From NCBI GenBank assembly GCA_951406725.2, contig OX597819.1, positions 127,100,001 to 127,164,000 on the forward strand: 64,000 bases of DNA, in the 5' to 3' direction. The stretch comes from Octopus vulgaris. Lineage: Eukaryota. Both the position numbers and the translations under genes were made by a program. Shown one piece after another: positions 39,951 through 51,736 of this stretch. The notes beneath the pieces are model-generated. The model searched no databases and had not been told where the DNA came from. It worked only from the letters and a program-made list of their open reading frames with translations. Each line of letters begins with the position of its first letter. Position 1 is the stretch's first letter.

Positions 39951-40445
39951 GTTAAAATCTTGCTCACACATACGCAACGCTTAGACAAATTACGGAACCT
40001 ACACACAAAATAGAAGATAAACCTAGCCTGAATAGGAAACTAGAATGGAACACTAGCACACACCCCAACACACCACAACCTATAACAGAGTAAGATCCCA
40101 ATAAACTGATAATAATATGAATATAATACAATACACAGATAAATAAATGAAATTAAATAACTATATACATTAACAAAATAATTTAAATTAAATACCAAAA
40201 GAAGAAAAAAAGAAGTTGATATAAACAAATGAACAAAATGAATAAAAGCAAATTAAAATTAAACTAACGTATATAAACAGGGGATAGTTATAATACAGAC
40301 ACATCCCCCCATATACACACACACTTAGTAAACATACACACACACAGAGACATACGCATGCGCAAATGAAGACATATACAATAAGAATACAAAATGGCTG
40401 ATCATTAGTAAGGTAAGATATACAAAAAAGAAAGAAGAAAGAAAA

Positions 40446-40500
40446 GGACCACTGATGAGGTCACAGAAGTGTGACGAAAGAATTCTGGCCGAAATACGAT
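40446..40500 (+). ncRNA. Type I hammerhead-ribozyme-like motif
   Basis: GGACCA-CTGATGAG-GTCAC-AGAAGT-GTGAC-GAAA-GAATTC-TGGCC. Intact CUGAUGA and GAAA, 5-bp stem II, partial stem I. Confidence 0.55.
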
Positions 40501-40653
40501 TAATATAAAATAAAGCTGAAGCAAGTGAACACTAAATATATAGTGCGTGTGTTTTTATTGGCTAAACTGACACCGTGACCATCTCCAAATACAAAAATAT
40601 CTGTTTCAACACACGAATTCACATCAAGAATCTTGCAAAACGAATAATAAACC

Positions 40654-40724
<71 letters not shown>

Positions 40725-40811
40725 TACACATGAGGGTAATAAATTAAAATAATGTATTACCTGTGGTTTGCATGCGTAAATAATTCATAAGACAGCATAC
40801 TTTTTAAAATA

Positions 40812-41692
40812 GAGTATATAAAATATTTTTTACACACAAAGAGGAGACCATTGAGAGGACTCCTTGCATGCTAAAAAGACCAGTTAAAGCCCAAACTACG
40901 GAAACGAGAATTCGTGAGGCACACCGTTATAACACTAAAACGAACAAAAAATGACTTAGTTAATCCTAAGCTCGAGCTACGCCAATAATTGCCAAATAAA
41001 CTAGCTTGGAATCTGTAGCTCATTAGCGGAATTGCTAATTAATGAATAATTATGTAGTTGCAAATACGTATCGAAAACATGTGCGCAAGACAGCTACATC
41101 TTTATCCATTGAGGATTCGAACTTAGTGCACGATCGTAAATATATAGTCCAGCAGTAAATTAAAAAAAAATTTGATTGTGCCCTATATAGCCTCAGAATT
41201 ATAAATATTACTATTGTAAATATGAAAGTAATAAATTTAAATCATCTATTACCATTGGTTAGCATTCATAATAAAAATTCATAATTGTGGCTAGTGAGTT
41301 CTCTTTTTCGTTGTTTGGGTTTTAACTGGACATTTTAGCATGTAAGGAGTCCTGTCAATGGTCTTCTCTTCGTGTATAAAAATATTTTATACATCTATGT
41401 ATATATATATTATCTATGTATATGTATATATATAACACATTACTTCTAGGTGTTGTAATGGTTTAAAAAAAAAATAATATTTTTCTTAATCGCTAAATTA
41501 TTAACTTTTAACCGTGATAAACTGTATTCACATATATTCACGCATTTTTTCTCGTACTTTCTTATATGCTTGTACTGATGAATTATATTCCATCTTCCGT
41601 GATGTCTAAATGTATTTTCTATGATTAAATGTTCGAGTTAGGAAATGTTATGTGGATGACCTTGCATTTGTTTGTTCTATAACTTTAGTTTG

Positions 41693-41723
<31 letters not shown>

Positions 41724-42085
41724 TATCTTAATATTTTAATTTACTATCCTAATATTTACGATTGTAATATTTATAATTCTGAGGCTATATAGGGCACAGT
41801 TTTAGATTTCTTTATTTACTACTGGACTATATAATTACGCTCGCGCACTAAGTTCGAATCCTTAATGGATAAAGATGTAGCTGTCTTGCGCGAGTGTTTT
41901 CGGTACGTATTTACAACTACATAATTATTCATTAATTAGCGATTCTACTGATGAGCTAATGATTCCAAACTATTTATTGGCAATTAATAGCGAAACTCGA
42001 GTTGGGGATTAACTTATTCATTTTGCTGTTCGTTCTAGTGTTATATGGTCTCCTCTTAGTGTATAAAAGTATTTTATATACTCTT
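40812..42085. repeat. Interlocked inverted repeats, Penelope pLTR-like
   Basis: 40929-41223 is the reverse complement of 41752-42045. 40812-40912 is the reverse complement of 41298-41392, and its start also pairs with 42046-42085. Confidence 0.85.
41941..42010 (+). ncRNA. Hammerhead-like motif with palindromic stem III
   Basis: GATTCTA-CTGATGA-GCTA...CCAA...TTGG...TAGC-GAAAC-TCGA-GTT-GGGGATT. The AACTCGAGTT palindrome is as in minimal Penelope-type hammerheads. Confidence 0.6.
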
Positions 42086-42311
42086 ATATATAAATATATC
42101 GAGAAGGATAGTTGAGCAATAGTATCTGATGCAAATACCCGGTACCTACGACTTTATGAACTTCATAAACCATACTAATCGAAAGACGTTGTCCACCTTC
42201 ACTAATAGATGGTGGGATAAAACGTGCGAAGAGAATTGATATCCAAAACTAAATAAATCACCCGATTTAAAAATACTACACAATATTTCTACCCGGTACC
42301 CTAGAAACAAT

Positions 42312-42696
42312 TAAGAAGCACTCCGTCGGTAACGACGATGAGGGTTCCGGTTGATCCGAATCAACGGAACAACCTGCTCGTGAAATTAACGTGTAAGTGG
42401 CTGAGCACTCCACAGACACGTGCACCCTTAACGTAGTTCTCGCGGATATTCAGCATGACACAGAGAGTGACAAGGCCGGCCCCTTGAAATACAGGTACAA
42501 CAGAAACAGGAAGTAAGAGTGAGAGAAAGTTGTGGTGAAAGAGTACAGCATGGATCTCCACCATCCCCTGCTGGAGCGTCGTGGAGCTTTTAGGTGTTTT
42601 CGCTCAATAAACACTCACGACGCCCGGTCTGGGAATCGAAACCGCGATCCTATGACCGCGAGTCCGCTGCCCTAACCATTGGGCCATTGCGCCTCC
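42312..42696 (-). mobile_element. SINE family B, tail type 3, with 14-bp TSD
   Basis: Full tRNA-like head. TSD ACCCTAGAAACAAT at 42298-42311 and 42697-42710. Confidence 0.93.
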
Positions 42697-43417
42697 ACCC
42701 TAGAAACAATGTGGTATATAACGCTATTATTTAAAATTTATCTCTGTTCACTAGAGGCCCTAAGATGAATCAAATTCTACGCATCCAATTATTCATCATA
42801 AGTAAACAACAACCAAAATCGCTGCATATTGATAGGTGCGAAATGCCGCAAAAACACGAAACCAAGAGGTAAAAAATGGAAGGTTTGAAATTCCATTTGC
42901 CGTAGAGCCTGGAATTGTAAGGAGTGTTTTTTTTTTACCTATGTGTGTTTAAATCACTGTTTAGAAATTTTGGGGGACTGGCTGTCAATCACTGTTCTCT
43001 GCAACGTCACTTCTACTGGGTGGTTACCCCTCACTTATACGGTACAAGATCACTTCCATTGGGTAGTTAAGATTGTCTTTCACCTGTTTGTAGCTATAGA
43101 TCTTTCAGATCTTAAGGAACATAGGGTTAAGACGTGAGTATGGTTTCCTTTAAGTTCTCCGCAACATGTAAGTCTTGTTATATGTAGTATTATTTGGATA
43201 ATATTCTTTTAGTAGTGCACACTGTCTATATTTTGTTAAGTCTAGATGTTGATTTAAACGACAAATATTTTTATTCATTCTATAATTAAGGGTAATTTGA
43301 CTTGTTCCCAAGTAACGAGCTTGTCGGCCGTTCAATTATTACGGATTATTTATTCTCTTTGTAGTTAGCACGAACTACTATTTGTTTTTATTATAGATGC
43401 ATGTATATGTATGTATG

Positions 43418-44147
<730 letters not shown>

Positions 44148-44270
44148 CATACTTACATATATGCATATATTTGTAATAAATAGATCCGTGTAATAAGGTT
44201 GAACAAAAAAGAGTATTCCATCTGGCGAGAGTAAAACTATTGTTTTATGCGATCACCTCACATGCATAAA

Positions 44271-44635
44271 CCATTCTACTAATAGTTTCACGTACATGGA
44301 AACCGAAGAACGTTCTTCAGGCGTGGACTATTCTACCGAACTAAGCAATTTAAATAATGGAATGAAAATAAACCGGCGCGAAAATACCCGAACAACAATC
44401 AAATTTCTTCTTATAGGTTAGATTATTGTCGTTGGGGGTTTCCATAACTTCGGCCCCGTATACAATAGATTCAGTCATGCATCGTTTGTCAAGAGGACAG
44501 GATTCTGGTTCGCGTCAGTCACAACCAGATTCACTCTTCCATCGTTGGCCGTATGTGATGATACTTCTCATATTCGGGCAACAGCTTTATGGTAGTTTCA
44601 CCGAAGTCCCGTTGAACAATTTCCTGTATATATCT
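44271..44635 (-). mobile_element. Penelope-like element remnant (Naiad/Chlamys-type linker) plus a downstream hammerhead-like motif
   Basis: Minus-strand translation YRKLFNGTSVKLP*SCCPNM...GCD*REPESCPLDKRCMTESIVYGAEV matches the CNCR..CPL..C..IVY linker that precedes GIY-YIG. CTGAAGA-ACG...CGT-GAAAC-TATTA-GTA lies at 44320-44277. Confidence 0.7.
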
Positions 44636-44846
44636 TTTATCTTTTCTTCTTTTGTCCTTTACTTGTTTCGGCCATTAGACTGTGACCCTGCTGTGGCACC
44701 GCCTTCAATAATTTTTAGTTCAATCAGTCAACCCAACTACTTACGTTTTTGGTACTTGTGGTACTTGTACTATCGGGCTGGTTTGCTGAATCGCTATGCT
44801 ACGGAAATGTAAATACACCAACGCCGGTTGTCAAGCAGTGATATGA

Positions 44847-44888
<42 letters not shown>

Positions 44889-45289
44889 ACGCCACGCATC
44901 CCTTTCCAAGTAAGATTTATCTTAATAATTACGATGCGCACTCTACTATCTCTACCATCTCTTCTCTGTCTATCTCTCTCTCTCTTGTTCTTCCTCCTTT
45001 CTGGTTTTCTCTCTCACCCATCCCTATTATTCCCCTCTCCTCTTTACCGTTCCCTCTCTCTCACTCTTCCTCCTTGACTCTCTCGTCGCTGACATGTGAC
45101 GAAAGAGAATCTATCTTTCTGCCCATTTCCTTCCTAAAGACAACACGTGCTTCTACCTGTTTCCTCTCATAAGCTCGTCCTCCTAGTGTTCATAATAATT
45201 TTTCTATCGCCTTGGCTTAACAGCCCTCACCGTTTGTTTTTACTGTCTTGTTCTCACTGTCCTGTTCTTGTTACCACTTTCACCCTCCA

Positions 45290-45605
45290 CAAACAACGAG
45301 AGAAACAAATGGAAAACAGAACAAGTAACGTAAAGAACGACCCTTCATCAGTTGTCGGCTGTCCATCTACTTCTCATATCGAGCATTGAACGACAACAAG
45401 AGTCTTCGAAGACAGTTGCTCCCATCAGTACCAAAATAAAATTTAGGATTTATAGAGGGTCAAAGTTCGGAACAAAAACAGGACGGTGGAGACATACAAA
45501 GAAACCGGGTCAATGCTCCAGATGAAGAGTAGATAGCCGACAACTGATGAAGGGGCGTTCTTTATGTTACTTGTCCTGTTTTCCATTTGTTTCTCTCGTT
45601 GTTTG
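45290..45605. repeat. Inverted repeat (~95-bp arms, ~120-bp spacer)
   Basis: 45290-45389 pairs with 45510-45605. The arms contain CAACTGATGAAGGG and the spacer ends GAAACCGGGTC. Confidence 0.85.
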
Positions 45606-45667
45606 CGTATTGAACTCACTTGTTTTCGTATTGTTGGTGATGTCCTGTACCCATATATGCATGTGTA

Positions 45668-45722
<55 letters not shown>

Positions 45723-45725
45723 ATG

Positions 45726-45768
<43 letters not shown>

Positions 45769-45853
45769 CTTAGAATAACTTAGAAAGGTTTTTGGCCAGT
45801 ATTGGCCCAGGCCATGTCTAACTTAATAGCACCACCTGGCGAAGTCTTTCAGT

Positions 45854-48800
45854 TCAGGATTTGGGCACCAAGGCCCATTCGAGCAGAGAGTTATTGTTTG
45901 CGGAGACATATCCGGGTGTGGATGGTTTGTCCGGTACTGTTTGAAGGAATTTGTCCAAAGACTTCTTGAATTTTGTGTGGTCAGTTTCTTTTTTGACGTG
46001 TCCTGGTGTAATGTTGAAGAGAGCGGGTCCAATTGAGGTGAAATAGTTGTGCCGTATTGTCGTTATGTGATGCGATTTAGATTTTTGTTGTGGACGGATG
46101 GCACGTGGTCCAAGCCTTGGATGCATTTTGAAGGTGATGCCAACATCATTCGGACAGTGCTGATGGAATATTTTCCACATCATACAGATAATGTAGCGTT
46201 CACGGCGTCGTTGGAGTGAATACAATTTCAGCTTCTCTAGTCTACCCCAGTAGTCAAGGTCTGACATGCCATCTATCTTTTTTGTGATTGACCTTTGGGG
46301 AGCTTCAATTCTCATAATATTTTGTTTTGTGTAGGGAGACCACAGTGGACAGCAGTATTCAAGGTGGGGTCGGGCAAAAGTGGAGAAGAGAAGGATAATA
46401 GCGTGGGAATCTCTCGACTGGAAGGTTCTGAGAATCCAGGAACACATTCTGCGGGCCATGTCAACTTTGCTGCTTATATGTGTAGCCCAGCTTATGTTGT
46501 TGTCCACTGTTACTCCCAGGTCTCTGATGTTGTTGGATGCCATGAGAATTTCTCCAGAAGGAAGAGAGTATGGGAGTTTCAGAGCGTCCTCCCTTCCAAA
46601 GTGGATCAGTTCGAATTTGTCTTCATTTAGCAACATGTTATTCTTTTCCGCCCATTGGACAACAGCTAGTAGGTCTGACTGAAGGTTTATTCGGTCATCC
46701 ACGCCATTGATGACCTTCTGGAGCTTGGAATCATCAGCGAAGGTTCTGATGTTGCTGTGTTTGATGGTGTCAGTAATATCATTTATGTAGATGATGAAGA
46801 GAAGTGGGCCCAACACAGTGCCTTGTGGGACACCACTGCTGACTTTGGCTGGGCTGGATTTGACTCCTTCGACTACAACATGTTGGGTTCTGTTAGAGAG
46901 GAAGCACTTGATCCATTGCAGCAGCTTTCCAGTGACACCAATATTGGACAGCTTTCTCAGAAGGATCTTATGATCAACCCTGTCAAAGGCCTTGCTGAAA
47001 TCAAGGTAGATGACATCAGTGTTGGAACCCTCTCCCAAGGCTCTCAAAATGTCATCAAAATGATGCAGTAGCTGCGTCAGGCAATCTCTCCCATTACGGA
47101 ATCCATGCTGGTTGGGGTTCAGCATATTATGACTCTCAAGGAAGTGAGTCATACGCGATCTCAGCACCCTCTCAAATACCTTGATGATATGAGAGGTGAG
47201 TGAGATTGGACGGTAATTCACGGCAAGCGATTTGTTTCCTTTTTTGAAAACTGGGACAACAGACTGGGATAGAAGGTCTTCTGGTATATATCCAGCATCC
47301 AATGAGTTCCGCCACAGATTGGCTAGAGGGGGTGCAAGTTGGTTTTGACACATCTTCAAGACACAAGCAGGGAACCTATCGGGACCTACTGCTGAATTAT
47401 GCTTCATTTCCTTTATTGCTGCTAAGACATCAGGAGCGCCAAATGTTATGTCCGATAAAGTGTATTGGGGAGTAACATCACTGATACAGCCCAGATCAGT
47501 CATATCAGGATTGCTGAAAACAGAGCAATATTGTTTCTGCAATATTTCTCCCATGGTTTTGGCATTGTCTTGAAGAATACCATTTTCATCAATCAGAGGG
47601 CCAACAGTAGAACCAGTGACTCTGTGTTTTTTTGCAAATGAAAAGAACACTTTGGGATTGAGTTTGATCTTCTCAATGGCCCAGGCCTCTTCAGCTCTTC
47701 GCTGACTATTGATGATAGACATCATGTTGTTTTGGAGTTTATGTTTTTTAATCTCTAGCGACGAGATGGCAGTCAGGTTGGTGTGTTGCTGTTGACAGTA
47801 TTTCAGCATGTTGATCTTTTTGTTGATTCTTTTAATTTTCCTTATGAGAGATTTTCTATTTCTAGGGATTCGACACTTAGATTTGTTTGCAGATCTTAAT
47901 GGGGTGTGTCTTGCACATATGTTCGTGATGGTGTCTACAAGTGACTGCCAGGACTTTTTGATGTTAGTGGGTGTGTATGTGTGCGTGAAGGACCAATCGA
48001 CTTGTGCAAGATCATTATTGATCGCTTCCCAGTTTGCATTGTGGAAATCCATAGTGTCAAATGGATGAACAGGAGGGATGACATTTGTTTTGCATTTTGG
48101 CCAGTGAAATCTCAGATCACAGAGAACCATGTCATGGTCGGAGAGTAGGGTTTTCTCCACTGCAATATTGTGGATAGTATCAGTGTGATTGCTGAAAATT
48201 AAGTCTAAGACGTTTTTGTGACATCTCGTTGGTTCGAGTACCAGTTGGGACAAGAAGAAGTCATCCATGAAGTCAAGAAGCGATTCCACTGCCTCCTGTC
48301 AGGGGTTGAGAGAGAAGAACCTGGCGGCAGACTGTTTGTAGACCAGTCAACCCCGGGAAGGTTGAAATCTCCCATCATTAAAATGTTGTCAGGTTGACAC
48401 TGCTGAATGAAACACTTTATGCTGTTGAGGCATTCCTTGAAGCATGGTAGGGGCGTTTGGGGTGGTCTGTAGAGCCCAACTACTATTAAGTTGTTGGTTT
48501 GACTGAATACAGCGACTGCTTCGCAGTATCCATTCGAAAATATGTTCATGGCTTCTGTTGAGAATGAATCATGGACATAAATGGCAGTCCCACCCTTTCT
48601 TCTGCCAACACGATCAGCACGAATGGTTTTGAAATTTTTAACTTTCACCTCGGCTTCCAAGTGGAGGTCACTAAGATGGGTTTCAGTGAGGACGAAGAAA
48701 GGGATGTGGTTTGGATGGGCCTCGACCCAGTCTTCCAGGAATCTTATCTTCCATTTTTGTGTATTGGTGGAAGGGCTGATGCCTTGGGCATTAAGCAGAA

Positions 48801-48870
48801 ATGTTGAGGCGAGAGTGGATGGTTTTAATTGTTTTGGTGATTTGTTAATTTGATTGCTTTTTAATGGCAT
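45854..48870 (-). CDS. LINE ORF2 (APE endonuclease + reverse transcriptase), ~1000 aa, split by a single frameshift at ~48293
   Basis: EN motifs LTETHL, RKGGTAIYV, YRPP, GDFN, LDL, SDH. RT motifs NYRPISLT, QHGFR, LDFSKAFD, SGVPQGTVLGPLLF, FADD. C-terminal YSLQRRRERY. Confidence 0.9.
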
Positions 48871-50078
48871 GTGTAGTGGGGTAATAGTGGTGGATGGCGG
48901 TGGGTGATAGCTCGGATGTTTTTTTCCAGTTCTTTTGCTAGATTCATTATAGCTAAAAAAGTGGAAGAAGAGGTGGTTTCCTGTCTAGGGAACCGCAGGT
49001 GACTGTGGCCGCGGCTATTTTTATGTGAGTGGTTATCTTTAAATGTCCGACGAGTCCCCGGGAGATGGGTAAAGGGGCAATCCCTGTGCAAACACAATCT
49101 GTCTCGCTGGGAATAGCGGCAGATTTGGGGATTCCTTGTTTGAGATATTGGTGGTTGTGGTGATGTTGTATTATGGTGGTTGCTGTTGTAGTTTGTGGGG
49201 ATAGAGCGTTTTGTTCCAGGTAAATGGGTGAATTTGCAGTCTCTATCAGTGCACAGTCTATGGCGAAGAGAATATCGGCAAATGATGGGGTTTCGAGTGG
49301 GTGTGTAGGTGCGTGTGTGTGTGTGAGCTGTGAAAGGTGTAGATGATAGTTTGAAGTTTTGGCGACCTTTGTGACCTGTAGGAGGTAAATTCCTTGAGAT
49401 AGCATTAGTAGTAGTAGCTGTAGTAGTAGTAGTAGTAGTAGGTAGAAGAGATGTTGACGGTGGTAATGATTGAGGAGGTCGATTCCAAGACAAAGATGTT
49501 TGTCGATATATAGTGGGAGTAGTACTAGTAGTAGTAAGCAGAGGAGATGGTGTTGACAATGATGATGATTGAGCTGCTGGGGCAGTGAAAGGAAGGGGTG
49601 GTGCTTCCTGCTGTGTGACCCTGATGACTGGGGGGTCAATCGTTTCATTTAGCAAATCGGCCATTGTAGATGAATCAAGGAGTGGTTCATCCTGTTGTTG
49701 TTGTTGTTGCCTCTGAGGTTGTTGCTGCTGAAGTTGTTGTTGTTGCTGTAACTGTTGTTGTTGTTGTTGTTGCCGCTGAGTTTGTTGTTGTTGAGGTTGT
49801 TGTTGTTGTTGTTGCGCCGGTGATGCGTTCGAAGAGAAAACACATCTCAGTTTATCGAAGTGTTTATTTATTAATTTAAAAGCAACTTCGATTTGTTTTA
49901 ATTTATTTTGGATCTGCTGTTCAGATCGAGTTTGCAAATGGTGAACTGTTCGTTTAGCAATTTCGTTCAGACACGAAGCACCTATGCTCTCTGTTTCGGT
50001 AAGGCCATGCCATGTGTTGATAAGAACGTCGACTTCATTATCAGACCAGTTTTTGTTGGATTTTTGGTGGCTAGCCAT
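48861..50078 (-). CDS. LINE ORF1: N-terminal Myb/SANT-like helix bundle, polyQ and T-rich linker, two tandem CCCH-type zinc fingers
   Basis: WSDNEVDVLINTW...RSEQQIQNKLKQI. CRYSLRHRLCTDRDCKFTH and CRYSQRDRLCLHRDCPFTH (C-x8-C-x4-C-x3-H). The stop overlaps the ORF2 start (ATGCCATTAA). Confidence 0.8.
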   Translation of the reverse strand: MASHQKSNKNWSDNEVDVLINTWHGLTETESIGASCLNEIAKRTVHHLQTRSEQQIQNKLKQIEVAFKLINKHFDKLRCVFSSNASPAQQQQQQPQQQQTQRQQQQQQQLQQQQQLQQQQPQRQQQQQQDEPLLDSSTMADLLNETIDPPVIRVTQQEAPPLPFTAPAAQSSSLSTPSPLLTTTSTTPTIYRQTSLSWNRPPQSLPPSTSLLPTTTTTTTATTTNAISRNLPPTGHKGRQNFKLSSTPFTAHTHTRTYTPTRNPIICRYSLRHRLCTDRDCKFTHLPGTKRSIPTNYNSNHHNTTSPQPPISQTRNPQICRYSQRDRLCLHRDCPFTHLPGTRRTFKDNHSHKNSRGHSHLRFPRQETTSSSTFLAIMNLAKELEKNIRAITHRHPPLLPHYTCH

Positions 50079-50106
50079 TCTGGTTGATATGTTTTATTAA
50101 ATGTTT

Positions 50107-50160
<54 letters not shown>

Positions 50161-50165
50161 GCATA

Positions 50166-50582
50166 TACTCTTTTACTCTTTTACTTGTTTCAGTCATTTG
50201 ACTGCGGCCATGCTGGAGCACCGCCTTTAATCGAGCAACTCGACCCCGGCACTTATTCTTTGTAAGCCCAGTACTTATTCTATCGGCCTCTTTTGCCGAA
50301 CCGCTAAGTAACGGAGACATAAACACACCAGCATCGGTTGTCAAGCAATTCTAGGGGGACAAGCACAGACACACAAACACACATATATATACATATATAC
50401 GACGATATATACATATATACGACGGGCTTCTTTCAGTTTCCGTCTACCAAATCCACTCACAAGGCTTTGGTCGGCCCGAGGCTATAGTAGAAGACACTTG
50501 CCCAAGGTGCCACGCAGTGGAACTGAACCCGGAACCATGTGGTTGGTAAACAAGCTACTTACCACACAGCCACTCCTGCGCC
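50166..50582 (-). mobile_element. SINE family A, full length
   Basis: Near-identical to the 7061 copy, with a small internal duplication at ~50385-50423. Confidence 0.92.
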
Positions 50583-50811
50583 TGATATATGTATTATTTA
50601 TATTAATATTTGATTGAAGGCCACGCATCCATGTCCTCATACACACACGCACACACATGCACATGCACACACAATATACTACCCCAAAAAATTAAGAATT
50701 GCTTCCACATAATGTAATCTCAGTACTCGGTTAACCTACAACTGATCTCTCTCTCTCTTTTTCTTTCTTTCTTTCTTTCTTTCTTTCTCTGTGTGTGTGT
50801 GTGTGTGTATG

Positions 50812-50857
<46 letters not shown>

Positions 50858-51234
50858 CACACACACACACACACATAGACACCTTTTTTTTACATAAACA
50901 CACACGTACAAATTCATATTTGTATGTCTATATACATACATAACTATATATACGTGTAGAAATCTATGTTCGTGCGCGTTTTCTCACATGTGTGTTTTTG
51001 TGTATGTGTGTGTGTGCCTTTCTGTCTGTCTGTCTGTCTGAGTACCTACATGCACATATAGAGAGAGAACTGGCACTCGAGAATAAACGGCAATAACTTT
51101 ACACGGATGTAACTTTAGAGGTACACGTGACAGCTTCATTCAACATTCAAAAGTAGCATCGACAGAGAGACAACAATAACCGCCATTCTCATCATCAGCA
51201 TCGTTACCACAACATCAACACCATAACCATCCGT

Positions 51235-51365
51235 GGCAACAACAACAACAACAACAGCAACAACAACAACAACGCCGTTACTAACTCTAGTGCCTCCAAC
51301 ACTACGCCACTACCAACATCATCCGTATCGTCGTCGTCATCAACATTGTCGTCATCATCATCATC

Positions 51366-51396
<31 letters not shown>

Positions 51397-51455
51397 CCAT
51401 CATCACCACCATCATCACCATCATCATCATCATCATCATCACCATCATCACCATC

Positions 51456-51487
<32 letters not shown>

Positions 51488-51692
51488 CACCATCATCACC
51501 ATCATCATCATCATCATCACCATCATCAACATCATCATCACCATCACCACCATCATCACCATCATCATCATCACCATCATCATCATCACCATCATCATCA
51601 CCATCATCATCATCATCATCATCACCATCATCGCCATCAGCATCACCATCATAGCCATCATCACCATCATCGCCATCATCATCACCATCATC

Positions 51693-51735
<43 letters not shown>
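51235..51735. repeat. Compound (CAA)n/(CAT/CAC)n trinucleotide repeat
   Basis: Read directly; it produces the polyH/polyD/polyS/polyM ORFs. Confidence 0.95.

Positions 51736-51736
<1 letters not shown>

Larger units (their letters stand above)
45768..50108 (-). mobile_element. CR1-group LINE with two ORFs, apparently full length, flanked by (TA)n on both sides
   Basis: ORF1 48861..50078; APE endonuclease 48205..48870; RT 45854..48289; short 3' UTR ending in a TTCTAAGTTA repeat. Confidence 0.92.
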
